A stretch of DNA of 64,000 nt from an uncultured Alphaproteobacteria bacterium. Its GTDB lineage: Bacteria; Pseudomonadota; Alphaproteobacteria; Reyranellales; Reyranellaceae. The stretch's first letter is position 1, and every line of letters begins with the position of its first letter. The notes beneath the pieces were generated by a model, which made no database searches, was not told where the DNA came from, and worked only from the letters and a program-made list of their open reading frames with translations. Positions 18,679 to 27,991 of this stretch are shown in pieces. A program made the position numbers and the translations under genes. The stretch spans positions 17,873 to 81,872 of the forward strand of contig CAWEIE010000046.1 in NCBI GenBank assembly GCA_963809025.1, written 5' to 3'.

Positions 18679-19776
18679 TTAGACCGCCCCACGCTGCACG
18701 CCGGCGATGGCCTGGCGGACGATCTGATGGCCGCGGAACAGCACGGCCTCTTTCCAGTCATCGGTCTCCGGGTAGAACTGGCGACGCATCGCCGCCTGCA
18801 CAGGGCCCGCTTCCTTGCCCAGCGGGTCGCCGTACTTGTGCAGCCAGTGGTCGGCGCGGAAGGCCTTCTGGCCGCTTTCGCGATCGAACGTGCCGTATTC
18901 CAGGGTGCACATGGTGAGCCGGGTCTCGGGTTCGGTCAGCACGCGGTTGAGGCCGTAGTGCCCGAGCCCATCGCGCGCCTGCGAGGCCGTCTGGCCGCGC
19001 TTGGACTCCGTCACCGACTCGCCCCAGAAGGCGCGCACCCGGCGCGACGCCGGCGTGTTGATGTCGTAGTGGGTGATCGGCTCGCCGTAGCCATATGGGC
19101 CGAGGCCGGTATGGAAATCGATGACGGCGACGTCCTCGCGACCTTTCAGGAAGCGGTCGGTGATGGCATGCAGCGTGCGGTTCGACCAGCTGGGGCCGCC
19201 GCCGCCGAAGAACATGCCGTCAGGGTGACTGTACTGGCCGCCGGACACCGCGCGGAAATAGGCGACGTCGCCCACCTTCTTGCGATAGGCGGCAAGCTTG
19301 GCGTCGGCGGCGTCGATGGCGGGCTGGCCGAGGTCGGGCGGAACCAGGAAGTCGGCGATCTCGAGATAGCCCTCGTTCACCGGATAGGGCTTGCTGTGGT
19401 CGACGTAGTTGCGGTTGAGGTCGTTGCCCTCCTCCGTCACCCGCCGCGTCCAGGCAAAGCCGTAAGGGTTGATGGCGTGCACGAACACCGCCGCCGTGTC
19501 CCCGGGCAGGCCGGACGCGCCGACGCTCGCCAGCCAGTCGACCTGGAAGCCCGACCCGCAATAGCCCTCCACACCGTGCGTGCTGGAGATCGTCACCACC
19601 ACGCGCGAGGCATCGTCGGGCCCGAGCCGCGCCACGTCGGTCGAGAGTGATTCGCCCTTCGGTCCCTTGGTCGGATTGTCGTAGCGATAGGTCGTGGCGC
19701 CCGCAACGCGCGCCGCTGCCAGGAACTTGTCACGCGCGTCGCTGTAGCTGGCGGCGAAGGAATGGACGTTGGCCAT
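18679..19776 (-). CDS. M14-like metallopeptidase (DUF2817)
   Basis: SSTHGVEG (HxxE), NPYGFAW.RR, DLNRN, IDFHTGLG, LEYGT. Confidence 0.8.
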   Translation of the reverse strand: MANVHSFAASYSDARDKFLAAARVAGATTYRYDNPTKGPKGESLSTDVARLGPDDASRVVVTISSTHGVEGYCGSGFQVDWLASVGASGLPGDTAAVFVHAINPYGFAWTRRVTEEGNDLNRNYVDHSKPYPVNEGYLEIADFLVPPDLGQPAIDAADAKLAAYRKKVGDVAYFRAVSGGQYSHPDGMFFGGGGPSWSNRTLHAITDRFLKGREDVAVIDFHTGLGPYGYGEPITHYDINTPASRRVRAFWGESVTESKRGQTASQARDGLGHYGLNRVLTEPETRLTMCTLEYGTFDRESGQKAFRADHWLHKYGDPLGKEAGPVQAAMRRQFYPETDDWKEAVLFRGHQIVRQAIAGVQRGAV

Positions 19777-19785
19777 GGAGGATAC

Positions 19786-20541
19786 TCAGGTACGCAGGGT
19801 AAGGCCGCCGTCGACCACGAGTTCGTGGCCGGTGATGAAGTCGGCTTCGTCCGACGCTAGCAGAAGAGCGCCGCGGGCAATATCGATCGGCTGCCCGAGC
19901 CGGCGCAAGGCCGCCTTCTTCTCCCAGACGGCGCGGATCTCGGGATTGTCGAAGTTGGTGCGCGTCATGCCGGTGTAGATGGCGCCGGGACAGACATAGT
20001 TGGCGGTTATGTTGAACTTGCCGAGCTCGAGCGCCAGCGTGCGTGTCAGCCCACCGACGCCCGCCTTGGAGGCGCAGTAGGCGGCGAGCCCATAGTCGGT
20101 GTCGAAAGCCATCACCGAGGCGGTGTTGACGATGCGCGCCCGGCCCTTCTCCCTGGCCCGCGCCTTCAGCGCCGGGATGGCCTCGCGGCACAGGCGGAAC
20201 ATGGCCCGTACATTGACGCCGTTGACGTGGTCCCACTGCGCGTCGGTCATCTCTTCGACGAAGGCGCGTCCGCTGACGCCGGCGTTGTTGAACAGGATGT
20301 CGATGGCGCCGAACTTGCCAAGCGCCGCTGCAACGATCTGCTTCGGCGAATCGTCTCCGGTGATGTCGCAGCCGAGGGCGGCGATGGCATTGTTGCCGGC
20401 ATGCGCCTGCTCGATCGCCGATTCCGGCCGATCGACCGCCAGCACCTGCGCGCCCTCGTCGGCGAACAGCTTGGCCGACGCGGCGCCGATGCCTGAGGCG
20501 GCTCCGGTGACGATCGCGATCTTTCCGGTGAGTCTGGTCAA
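19786..20541 (-). CDS. SDR family oxidoreductase
   Basis: TGAASGIG, NNAG, YCASK, VDGG. Confidence 0.92.
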   Translation of the reverse strand: MTRLTGKIAIVTGAASGIGAASAKLFADEGAQVLAVDRPESAIEQAHAGNNAIAALGCDITGDDSPKQIVAAALGKFGAIDILFNNAGVSGRAFVEEMTDAQWDHVNGVNVRAMFRLCREAIPALKARAREKGRARIVNTASVMAFDTDYGLAAYCASKAGVGGLTRTLALELGKFNITANYVCPGAIYTGMTRTNFDNPEIRAVWEKKAALRRLGQPIDIARGALLLASDEADFITGHELVVDGGLTLRT

Positions 20542-20590
20542 GGGTTGTCTCCTAATCTTCGCGGTGTCTTGCGGCGCCGTCTTGTCTTAG

Positions 20591-20744
20591 CCTCCCCCGT
20601 CTTACGGGGGAGGTGGCCCGCAGGGCCGGAGGGGGAAAGCCCCAGCAAAGTCGCTGGCCAATTTCAGATCATTGTCTTTCATAAATCATCTCTGTGATTC
20701 TCCCTCTCCCTGCCCTTCCCCGTCATACCGTCTTACGGGGGAGG
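20591..20744. repeat. Composite palindromic repeat, family C
   Basis: Hairpin CCTCCCCCGT-ctt-ACGGGGGAGG at 20591; CCGTCTTACGGGGGAGG recurs at about 20728; AT-richer interior. Confidence 0.6.
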
Positions 20745-20757
20745 AAATGAGGACGAA

Positions 20758-21738
20758 TCACTCCACCTTCACGCCCGACGCCTGCGCCACGCGCTGCCAC
20801 AGCGCCAGGTCCTTCTCCAGAACCTCGGCAAAGGCCTTGGCGCCGGCACCGACGGGATCGGCGCCGAACACGACCAGGCGTTCGCGCGTCTCGGGCGTCA
20901 GGGAAGCCTCGACGAAGGCACGTTCGAGCTGGCGGAGCACGACGCGTGGCGTGCCGGCGGGCGCCATCACACCCGCCCAGACGACGACCTCGGCGGTCGG
21001 CCAGCCGGCCTCCGCCATCGTCGGAACGTCGGGCAGCAATGGCGAGCGCGCCTTGGTGGTGACGGCCAACGGCCGGAACTTGCCCGACGCCACCATCGGC
21101 GCGGCCGAGGCAGTGCTGGTGAACATGGCCTGCACCTGGCCGGCATGCAGGTCGGCCAGCGCCGGCGCGGCACCTCGATAGGGCACGTGCACGACGTCGA
21201 TATCGGCCGCGAGTTTCAGGCTCTCCATGACCAGGTTCGAGATCGTGCCGACGCCGGTCGAGGCATAGTTGAGGCCACCGCGATTGGCCCGCGCCATCGC
21301 GACGAAGTCGCTGACCGTCTGCGCCTTGGAGGTCGACGACACGATCAGCACCATCGGCGTGTCGGCAAGGTGCGCCACCGGCACCAGGTCGCGCGGCGGA
21401 TCAAAGGACAGCGACCGGTTGATCCAGGGCGGGATCGTCACCTGGGCCGCCGACGCCATCAGCAGCGTGTAGCCGTCGGGTTCGGCCTTGGCGACCGCAG
21501 CCGCGGCGATGAGCCCGCCGGCGCCGCTGCGATTGTCGATCACGATGGGCTGCCCGAGCACCGTGGAAGCCTGCTGCGCGACCAGCCGCGCCAGCATGTC
21601 GATCGCGCCGCCCGGCGCGAACGGCACGACGAGGGTGATCGGCTTGGCCGGGAAATCGTCGGCGTGCGCCGGCACCGCCAGGAGCGAGGCGCCGAGGAAA
21701 GCCGTGAGCCGGCGCCGGCCGATCATCGCCAACCTCAC
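20758..21738 (-). CDS. Bug/TctC family substrate-binding protein
   Basis: FPAKPITLVVPFAPGGAID, DNRSGAGG, HVPYRGAAPA; GTG overlaps upstream stop. Confidence 0.9.
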   Translation of the reverse strand: MRLAMIGRRRLTAFLGASLLAVPAHADDFPAKPITLVVPFAPGGAIDMLARLVAQQASTVLGQPIVIDNRSGAGGLIAAAAVAKAEPDGYTLLMASAAQVTIPPWINRSLSFDPPRDLVPVAHLADTPMVLIVSSTSKAQTVSDFVAMARANRGGLNYASTGVGTISNLVMESLKLAADIDVVHVPYRGAAPALADLHAGQVQAMFTSTASAAPMVASGKFRPLAVTTKARSPLLPDVPTMAEAGWPTAEVVVWAGVMAPAGTPRVVLRQLERAFVEASLTPETRERLVVFGADPVGAGAKAFAEVLEKDLALWQRVAQASGVKVE

Positions 21739-22712
21739 GCCACCGTCAGGACGACCTTGCCCGTCGCCTTGCGCGAGAGCAGCGCATTCATCGCGTCAGC
21801 ACCCTTCTCCAGCGGGAAGCGCATGGAGATATGCGGCTTGAGCTTGCCCTCGCTGTACCACTTCAGGAGCTCGTCGAAGTTCTTGCGCGCCTCGTTCGGT
21901 TCACGCGCGCGCCAGGCACCGTAGAACACGCCGCGCACGTCGCAGCTCTTGAGCAGCGCGAGGTTGGCCGGCAGCGAGGGAATGCGCCCGGCGGCGAAAC
22001 CGACCACCAGCAAGCGCCCGTACCAGGCGATGCAGCGGATCGACTCGTCGAAGGCGTCGCCGCCGACCGCGTCGTAGATGATGTCCGCGCCGTTGCCGCC
22101 GGTCAGCTCCTTGACCTTGTCGCGCATCTTCTCCTTGGCGTAGTTCACGAACATCGTGGCGCCATACTTCTTGCAGATCTCCATCTTCTCGTCCGAGCCG
22201 ACGGCGGCGATCACCTTCAGCCCCATCTGCGCGCCCAGCTCCACCGCGGTCAGGCCGACGCCGCCCGAGGCGCCGGTCACCAGCAGCGTCTCGCCGGGCT
22301 TGTAGTCGCTCCTCTGCTTCAGCGCGTAGTAGGACGTGCCGTAGGTCATGGTGAAGGCCGAGCCGTCCTCGTAGCTCATGTTCGGCGGCATCGGCAGCAG
22401 CGCGCCCTGGTCGACCACGGCCTCGCTGGCATAGCCGCCGTGGCCGATCATGCCGATGACGCGATCGCCCTTCTTGTAGCCGCTGACGCCCTCGCCGACC
22501 TCGGTGATGTCGCCTGCGATCTCGTGGCCCGGCGCGAACGGACGCGGCGGCTTGAACTGGTACTTGTCGGCGATGATCAGCGTGTCGGGGAAGTTCACGC
22601 CGGCGGCTTTGACGGCGACACGGACCTGGCCCTTGCCGAGCGGCTTGGAGGGCAATTCCATGAGCTTCAGGCTCTCCGGCCCGCCCGGCGTTTCGCTCAT
22701 CATTGCGCGCAT
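21735..22712 (-). CDS. NADPH:quinone oxidoreductase (zinc-free MDR family)
   Basis: AGVNFPD, YQFKPPRPFAPG, TGASGGVG, GRLLVVGFAAG, ATGKVVL. Confidence 0.9.
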   Translation of the reverse strand: MRAMMSETPGGPESLKLMELPSKPLGKGQVRVAVKAAGVNFPDTLIIADKYQFKPPRPFAPGHEIAGDITEVGEGVSGYKKGDRVIGMIGHGGYASEAVVDQGALLPMPPNMSYEDGSAFTMTYGTSYYALKQRSDYKPGETLLVTGASGGVGLTAVELGAQMGLKVIAAVGSDEKMEICKKYGATMFVNYAKEKMRDKVKELTGGNGADIIYDAVGGDAFDESIRCIAWYGRLLVVGFAAGRIPSLPANLALLKSCDVRGVFYGAWRAREPNEARKNFDELLKWYSEGKLKPHISMRFPLEKGADAMNALLSRKATGKVVLTVA

Positions 22713-22816
22713 CGGTTCCGCTCCGTCATCGATGTTTCGTCCTGTGGCCGCATTGATACGATGGTGGGCCGGGCAGCGTCCATCCGTGCTAGAAGGGCCT
22801 GTTCGCGGGGAGGAAG

Positions 22817-23275
22817 ATGGCCGGGCTCTATTTCGAGGAATTCACGGTCGGCCGGGTGTTCGACCATGCCTGGACACGCACGGTCACTGAAATGGACAAC
22901 GTGCTGTACAGCTCGCTGACCATGAACGTGCAGCCCCTGCACCTCGACGAGGAGTTCGCCTCCAAGACCGAGTTCGGCCAGCGCATCGTCAACAGCCTGT
23001 TCACGCTCGGCCTGATGATCGGCATCACGGTGAACGACACGACGCTCGGCACCACGGTCGCCAACCTCGGCATGACCGACGTACGCTTCCCCAAGCCGGT
23101 CTTCCACGGCGACACGCTGCGCGTGAAGACCACGGTGCTCAGCCTGCGCGAGAGCAAGTCGCGGCCCGATGCCGGCATCGTCGAGTTCGGCCATGTCGCC
23201 ATAAACCAGCGCGGCGAGACCGTCGCTGAGTGCACGCGCCAGGCGCTGATGCGCAAGAAGCCAAAGGACACTTGA
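22817..23275 (+). CDS. MaoC family dehydratase
   Basis: [39 protein letters not shown]. Confidence 0.9.
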   Translation: MAGLYFEEFTVGRVFDHAWTRTVTEMDNVLYSSLTMNVQPLHLDEEFASKTEFGQRIVNSLFTLGLMIGITVNDTTLGTTVANLGMTDVRFPKPVFHGDTLRVKTTVLSLRESKSRPDAGIVEFGHVAINQRGETVAECTRQALMRKKPKDT

Positions 23276-23280
23276 GACAA

Positions 23281-24144
23281 ATGCGTTCGTTCCTGTTCGT
23301 TCCCGGCGATTCCGAGCGCAAGCTCGCCAAGGGGCCCTCGTCCGGTCCCGATGGGTTGATCCTCGATCTGGAAGATTCGGTCGCCACCGACCGCAAGATG
23401 GTCGCGCGCGACATGGTGCTGGCCTATCTGAAGTCGGCCAATCGCGCGGGCCCCAAGCTCTATGTGCGCGTCAACGCGCTCGACACCGGCCTGACCTTGG
23501 GCGACCTCGCCGTCGTCATGCAGGGGAAGCCTGATGGCATCGTGTTCCCCAAGTGCGTCGGCCAGGCCAACGTCGACCTGCTGGCGACCTACCTCGACGC
23601 CTTGGAAGCGCGCGAAGGCATCGAAGCCGGCGCTACCCGGATCCTGACCATCGCCACCGAAAGCGCAGCCGCCGTGCTGGCGCTGACGGCGGCGCCCGCC
23701 AGGCATGCCCGATTGATCGGCCATTCGTGGGGCGGCGAGGATCTCATGGCCGACCTCGGCGCGCTCGCCAAGGGCCCCTCGCCCGGCGAGTACGACGACA
23801 CTTTCAGGCTCGCGCGCACGGTCAACCTGATGGCGTCGGTGGCGGCGGGCATCGCCGCCTACGACACCGTCTATCCCGACATCAAGAACGTGGCCGGCCT
23901 GCGCGCCGAGGCGACCGATGCGCGGCGCATGGGTTATGGCGGCAAGATCGCCATCCATCCCGACCAGGTCGCGATCATCCATGAGGTCTTCACGCCGACG
24001 GCGCAGGAAGTCGATTGGGCGAAGCGCGTCGTCGAGACGTTCGAAAGCAACCCCGGCTCCGGTGTGCTGACGCTCGACGGCAAGATGCTGGACAAGCCGC
24101 ACCTGACCCTGGCGCGTCGGCTTCTCGGCCGGACGGGTGGATGA
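23281..24144 (+). CDS. CitE-like acyl-CoA lyase (HpcH/HpaI aldolase/citrate lyase family)
   Basis: RSFLFVPGD, ILDLEDSV, VRVN, GGEDL, GKIAIHPDQV, DGKMLDKPH. Confidence 0.9.
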   Translation: MRSFLFVPGDSERKLAKGPSSGPDGLILDLEDSVATDRKMVARDMVLAYLKSANRAGPKLYVRVNALDTGLTLGDLAVVMQGKPDGIVFPKCVGQANVDLLATYLDALEAREGIEAGATRILTIATESAAAVLALTAAPARHARLIGHSWGGEDLMADLGALAKGPSPGEYDDTFRLARTVNLMASVAAGIAAYDTVYPDIKNVAGLRAEATDARRMGYGGKIAIHPDQVAIIHEVFTPTAQEVDWAKRVVETFESNPGSGVLTLDGKMLDKPHLTLARRLLGRTGG

Positions 24145-24767
24145 AGGACAATTTCGGTCTTCTGGAGACGCTCGAGCAGCTCTTCGCGGGCGACCGGCAG
24201 TCGTTACTCACTCTCGACGAGTTCCTGGGCGGGCTGCACGGCCGCTCCTACGCCTTCGCGATCGCTGCCCTCAACGTGCCGAACTGCATCCCGACGGGGA
24301 TCCCCTGGCTCTCCACCATAACCGGCCTGCCGATGGTGTTCCTGCTGGTCCAGTTCTTTGCCGGCCGCGAGGTGCCGAAGCTGCCCGCGCTGGTCGGCCG
24401 CCGCGGCCTGCGGCGCGGCAAGCTCCAGACCTTCCTCGGCCGCGCGCGTCGCAGCATCCGATGGCTCGAGGACGCCGTCCATGTCCGGCACGAATGGTGG
24501 GTGAGCGGCATGCCGCGGCGCGCCCTGCTCCTGGCGTGGGCCGCGAACATCGTGATCCTGGCGTTGCCCATCCCGTTCGACAATCTGTTCCCGGCATGGG
24601 CGATCATGTTCTTCTGCCTTGCCCTGATCGAAGATGACGGCGCGATGGCCATGCTCGGCTGGCTGCTGAGCGTCATCACGGCGGTTTGGACGATTTTCCT
24701 GCTGATGATCGGCCACGCCGCGGTCATGGCGATCGTCGCCACAATAAAGCACGCCCTGCTCGACTAG
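24141..24767 (+). CDS. ExoD-like membrane protein
   Basis: LTLDEFL..L.GRSY, PTGIPWLSTITGLP, LPIPFDNLFPAWAI, EDDG; ATGA overlap with upstream gene. Confidence 0.78.
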   Translation: MKDNFGLLETLEQLFAGDRQSLLTLDEFLGGLHGRSYAFAIAALNVPNCIPTGIPWLSTITGLPMVFLLVQFFAGREVPKLPALVGRRGLRRGKLQTFLGRARRSIRWLEDAVHVRHEWWVSGMPRRALLLAWAANIVILALPIPFDNLFPAWAIMFFCLALIEDDGAMAMLGWLLSVITAVWTIFLLMIGHAAVMAIVATIKHALLD

Positions 24768-24776
24768 GATCGCGAC

Positions 24777-25898
24777 ATGACTGAGCCCAATGAAACCTGC
24801 GCCGATCTGCTCGGCGCGCTCGACCGCGGCGAATCGCTGCCGGCGCGCTGGTACACCGACCCGTCGGTTCTCGAGCAGGAGATGCTGCAGGTCTTCCGCA
24901 AGAGCTGGAACTACATCGGGCCGCTCGCCGAGCTCACCAAGGTCGGCGACTACGTCACGGGCTACGCCGGCAACGTGCCGGTGGTGGTCGTGCGCAACGA
25001 CAAAGGCCTGGCCGCTTTCGTCAATGTCTGCCGCCATCGCCGCCACCTGGTCATGAAGGGCCGCGGCAATGCCGCGCTGATGCAGTGCGGCTACCACGCC
25101 TGGACCTACGACCTCGCGGGTGGGCTGCGCCGTGCACCGCGCTCAGCTGCCGAGCCGGGCTTCCGGCTGGAGGACTTTCCGCTGCTGCCGATCCGGGTCG
25201 AGGCGCTCGGCCCGTTCGTGTTCGTCAATCTCGATGCGAACGCGCCTGCGGCGAAGGACTGCTACGGGCCGATCCTCGACATCATCGCCAAGAGCGGCGT
25301 GGCGCTCGACTCCCTCACGCTGCACAGCCGCGGCGACTGGCAGGCGCGCGCCAACTGGAAGGCGATGCTGGAGAACTACCTCGAATGCTACCACTGCGCC
25401 GTCGCCCATCCGGGTTTCAGCGCGGCGATCGACGTGCGGCCCGATGTCTACACCCTGGCCTCGCACGGCTGGTTCTCCAGCCAGGCCGGCCGGGTGCGGC
25501 CGGCGGCGCTCGAAGGCAAGGCCAAGGTCGAGCTCTACGACGTGCGCGGCGAGGTGGCGGAGTCGCAATACCACTTCCTGTGGCCGAACCTCACGATCAA
25601 CATCAATCCGGGCTTCCCCAACCTGTCGGTCGATGTCTGGCTGCCCGACGGCCCGAACGCGACCCGAGGCTTCTCCGAGCAGTATTTCGGACCGGGCGTC
25701 GACGAAGGCTTTGCCGAGGCCCTGATCGCCTTCAACAAGCAGGTCGCACAGGAAGATGACGACCTGACCGATTCCGTGCAGCACGGGCTGATGGGCGGCT
25801 TGCCCGATCGCGGCCAGTTCCTCACCAAGAGCGAGCAGCTGGTAATCCAGTTCCAGAAGATGATCGTGCGGGCGCTGAGCGGCGCCTCGCCGGTCTAG
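24777..25898 (+). CDS. Rieske non-heme iron oxygenase alpha subunit (choline monooxygenase/CntA-like group)
   Basis: CRH...CGYHAW Rieske motif; ENYLECYHC..AH mononuclear Fe site; SLPARWYTDP. Confidence 0.88.
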   Translation: MTEPNETCADLLGALDRGESLPARWYTDPSVLEQEMLQVFRKSWNYIGPLAELTKVGDYVTGYAGNVPVVVVRNDKGLAAFVNVCRHRRHLVMKGRGNAALMQCGYHAWTYDLAGGLRRAPRSAAEPGFRLEDFPLLPIRVEALGPFVFVNLDANAPAAKDCYGPILDIIAKSGVALDSLTLHSRGDWQARANWKAMLENYLECYHCAVAHPGFSAAIDVRPDVYTLASHGWFSSQAGRVRPAALEGKAKVELYDVRGEVAESQYHFLWPNLTININPGFPNLSVDVWLPDGPNATRGFSEQYFGPGVDEGFAEALIAFNKQVAQEDDDLTDSVQHGLMGGLPDRGQFLTKSEQLVIQFQKMIVRALSGASPV

Positions 25899-25901
25899 GG
25901 A

Positions 25902-27068
25902 TCAGTACGACCGCGGCAGGTCGAGCACGTGCTCAGAGATGAAGTTCAGGATCATGTTGGTCGAGATCGGCGCCACCATGTAGAGCCGCGTCTCGCGGAA
26001 CTTGCGCTCGATGTCGTATTCCTCGGCGAAGCCGAAGCCGCCATGGGTCTGCACGCACATGTCGGCGGCGGCCCAGGCCGCTTCCGAGCCCAGCATCTTG
26101 GCCATGTTGGCCTCGGCGCCGCACGGCAGGTTGGCCTCGTAGAGCGCCGCGGCCTTGCGCACCATCAGGTCGGCGGCCTCGGTCTGGGCATAGGCGCGGG
26201 CGATGGGATACTGCACGCCCTGGTTTTGGCCGATCGGCCGGCCGAACAGCTTGCGCTCCTTGGCATAGTCCGTCGCCTTCTCGATGAACCAGCGCGCATC
26301 GCCGATGGTCTCGGAGGCGATCAGCACGCGCTCGGCGTTCATGCCGCTCAGGATGTAGCGAAAGCCCTGCCCCTCCTCGCCGATGAGGTTCTCCGCCGGC
26401 ACCTCCATGGTGTCGAAGAACACTTCGGTGCTGTTGTGGTTCATCATGGTGCGGATCGGCCGGATGGTGAGGCCCTTGCCCAGCGTCTCGCGCATGTCGA
26501 CCAGGAAGACAGACAGGCCCTCGGTGCGCTTCTTGGCCTGCTCGCGCGGCGTGGTCCGCGCCAGGAGCAACATCAGGTCGGAATGCTCGGCGCGGCTGGT
26601 CCACACTTTTTGGCCGTTCACGACGTAGGTGCTGTTGTCCTTCTTCACCGCCGTCGTGCGCAGCGCCAACGTGTCGGTGCCGCTGGTCGGCTCGGTCACG
26701 CCGAACGCCTGCAGGCGCAACTCGCCGCTGGCGATCTTGGGCAGGTAGCGCTCCTTCTGCTCCTTGCTGCCGTGCCGCAGCAGCGTGCCCATGATGTACA
26801 TCTGCGCGTGGCAGGCGGCGCCATTGCAGCCGGCGCGCTGGACTTCCTCGAGAACCGCGGCTGCGGCCGAGATTCCAAGCCCCGAACCGCCGTACTCCTC
26901 GGGAATCAAGATTGCGAGCCAACCGGCTTCGGTCAGGGCCTGCACGAATTCCGTCGGATAGCCGCGTTCGCGATCGAGCGCGCGCCAGTAGGCACCGTCA
27001 AACTTCAGGCAGAGTTGGCGGACCGCATCGCGGATTTCAGGGTGTGTCGGGGCGTAGGGATTTTCCAT
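25902..27068 (-). CDS. Acyl-CoA dehydrogenase
   Basis: IPEEYGGSG, FGVTEPTSGTD, VNGQKVW, RKLFGRPIG, QTHGGFGFAEEYDIER. Confidence 0.93.
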   Translation of the reverse strand: MENPYAPTHPEIRDAVRQLCLKFDGAYWRALDRERGYPTEFVQALTEAGWLAILIPEEYGGSGLGISAAAAVLEEVQRAGCNGAACHAQMYIMGTLLRHGSKEQKERYLPKIASGELRLQAFGVTEPTSGTDTLALRTTAVKKDNSTYVVNGQKVWTSRAEHSDLMLLLARTTPREQAKKRTEGLSVFLVDMRETLGKGLTIRPIRTMMNHNSTEVFFDTMEVPAENLIGEEGQGFRYILSGMNAERVLIASETIGDARWFIEKATDYAKERKLFGRPIGQNQGVQYPIARAYAQTEAADLMVRKAAALYEANLPCGAEANMAKMLGSEAAWAAADMCVQTHGGFGFAEEYDIERKFRETRLYMVAPISTNMILNFISEHVLDLPRSY

Positions 27069-27079
27069 GGCGCGCGAAC

Positions 27080-27991
27080 CTAGTCCGCCGCCCATCCCCT
27101 TGCAATGCGACCAAGCTCGTCGATCAGCGGACCATGGATTTCGGGTCCGAAGCCGTCGACCGTCGCCTCCCGCTGCGCCGTCACGCCGTCGACGGCGCCC
27201 GCCTTGTCGACGGTCGCTCGCGTCACCGCGAGGTCGCGTTCCGCCGTCAGGAACGTCGCGATCTTCGCCGCCCAATCGGGACGCGCGACGGCCAGTGCTG
27301 CCATCAACCCATAGGCCCCCCAGTTGGAAACACCGGCGACGACGAGCCGGTCGCACGACGTGACGCAGGCGATCTTCTCCCCGTTCGGAACGGTGCGCGC
27401 GATCAGGCCCGGCGGCAGCTTGCCCATGCCGATCTCGTTGCCGCCGTCGCCGACGGCGAGCCTGATCCACGGGCCGGCCATGAAAAGGTCGTCGAGCGGC
27501 GCGGTCCAGGGCGACACGTCGACGCCGCGCATGTTGCGCGGCCGGCCGTCGGCGCTACGGCCACAGCGCTCGATGGCAACGGCATGGCTGACGCCCGTGC
27601 TGCGCCAATCGCCGATCAGTCGATCAAGGCCTTCGTCAACGCCGACCTCGTCGACGGCGACGCCGCCACCCGCCGCACCGACGGCCGAGCGCACGGCGCC
27701 GGCGCAGGGCGTGTCGACCGCAATGCGTGCCGGCACGCCGCAGGCCGCCAGCGCGGCCGCGAGCAGCGCCGTGCCGACCGGGCCGTCGGTCTCGGGAGCG
27801 GCAACCTCGCCGCGCGGCACGAAGAAGCCGGTGATCAGACCGACGCTGGTGGCGGCCGCCAATGCCTGCCCCGCGGCGGCGAGCTCGCCGGCACTTGCTG
27901 CGATCAGCTCTGCCGTCTTGCGGCCGACATCGCGGCAGACCAGCGCCTCGATGGCGGCGATGCGATCGGCATCACTTTTCCTTGGCGACAT
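27080..27991 (-). CDS. DUF4392 / D-glutamate cyclase family protein
   Basis: ITGF, PETDGPVG, AIERCG..ADG..NMRG, VGDGGNEIGMG, VSNWG. Confidence 0.8.
   Translation of the reverse strand: MSPRKSDADRIAAIEALVCRDVGRKTAELIAASAGELAAAGQALAAATSVGLITGFFVPRGEVAAPETDGPVGTALLAAALAACGVPARIAVDTPCAGAVRSAVGAAGGGVAVDEVGVDEGLDRLIGDWRSTGVSHAVAIERCGRSADGRPRNMRGVDVSPWTAPLDDLFMAGPWIRLAVGDGGNEIGMGKLPPGLIARTVPNGEKIACVTSCDRLVVAGVSNWGAYGLMAALAVARPDWAAKIATFLTAERDLAVTRATVDKAGAVDGVTAQREATVDGFGPEIHGPLIDELGRIARGWAAD

Noticed and set aside
20672-20760. Small ORF in the AT-rich interior of the family C repeat
   Set aside because: Reads through repeat DNA into the antisense strand of the TctC gene; no coding signature
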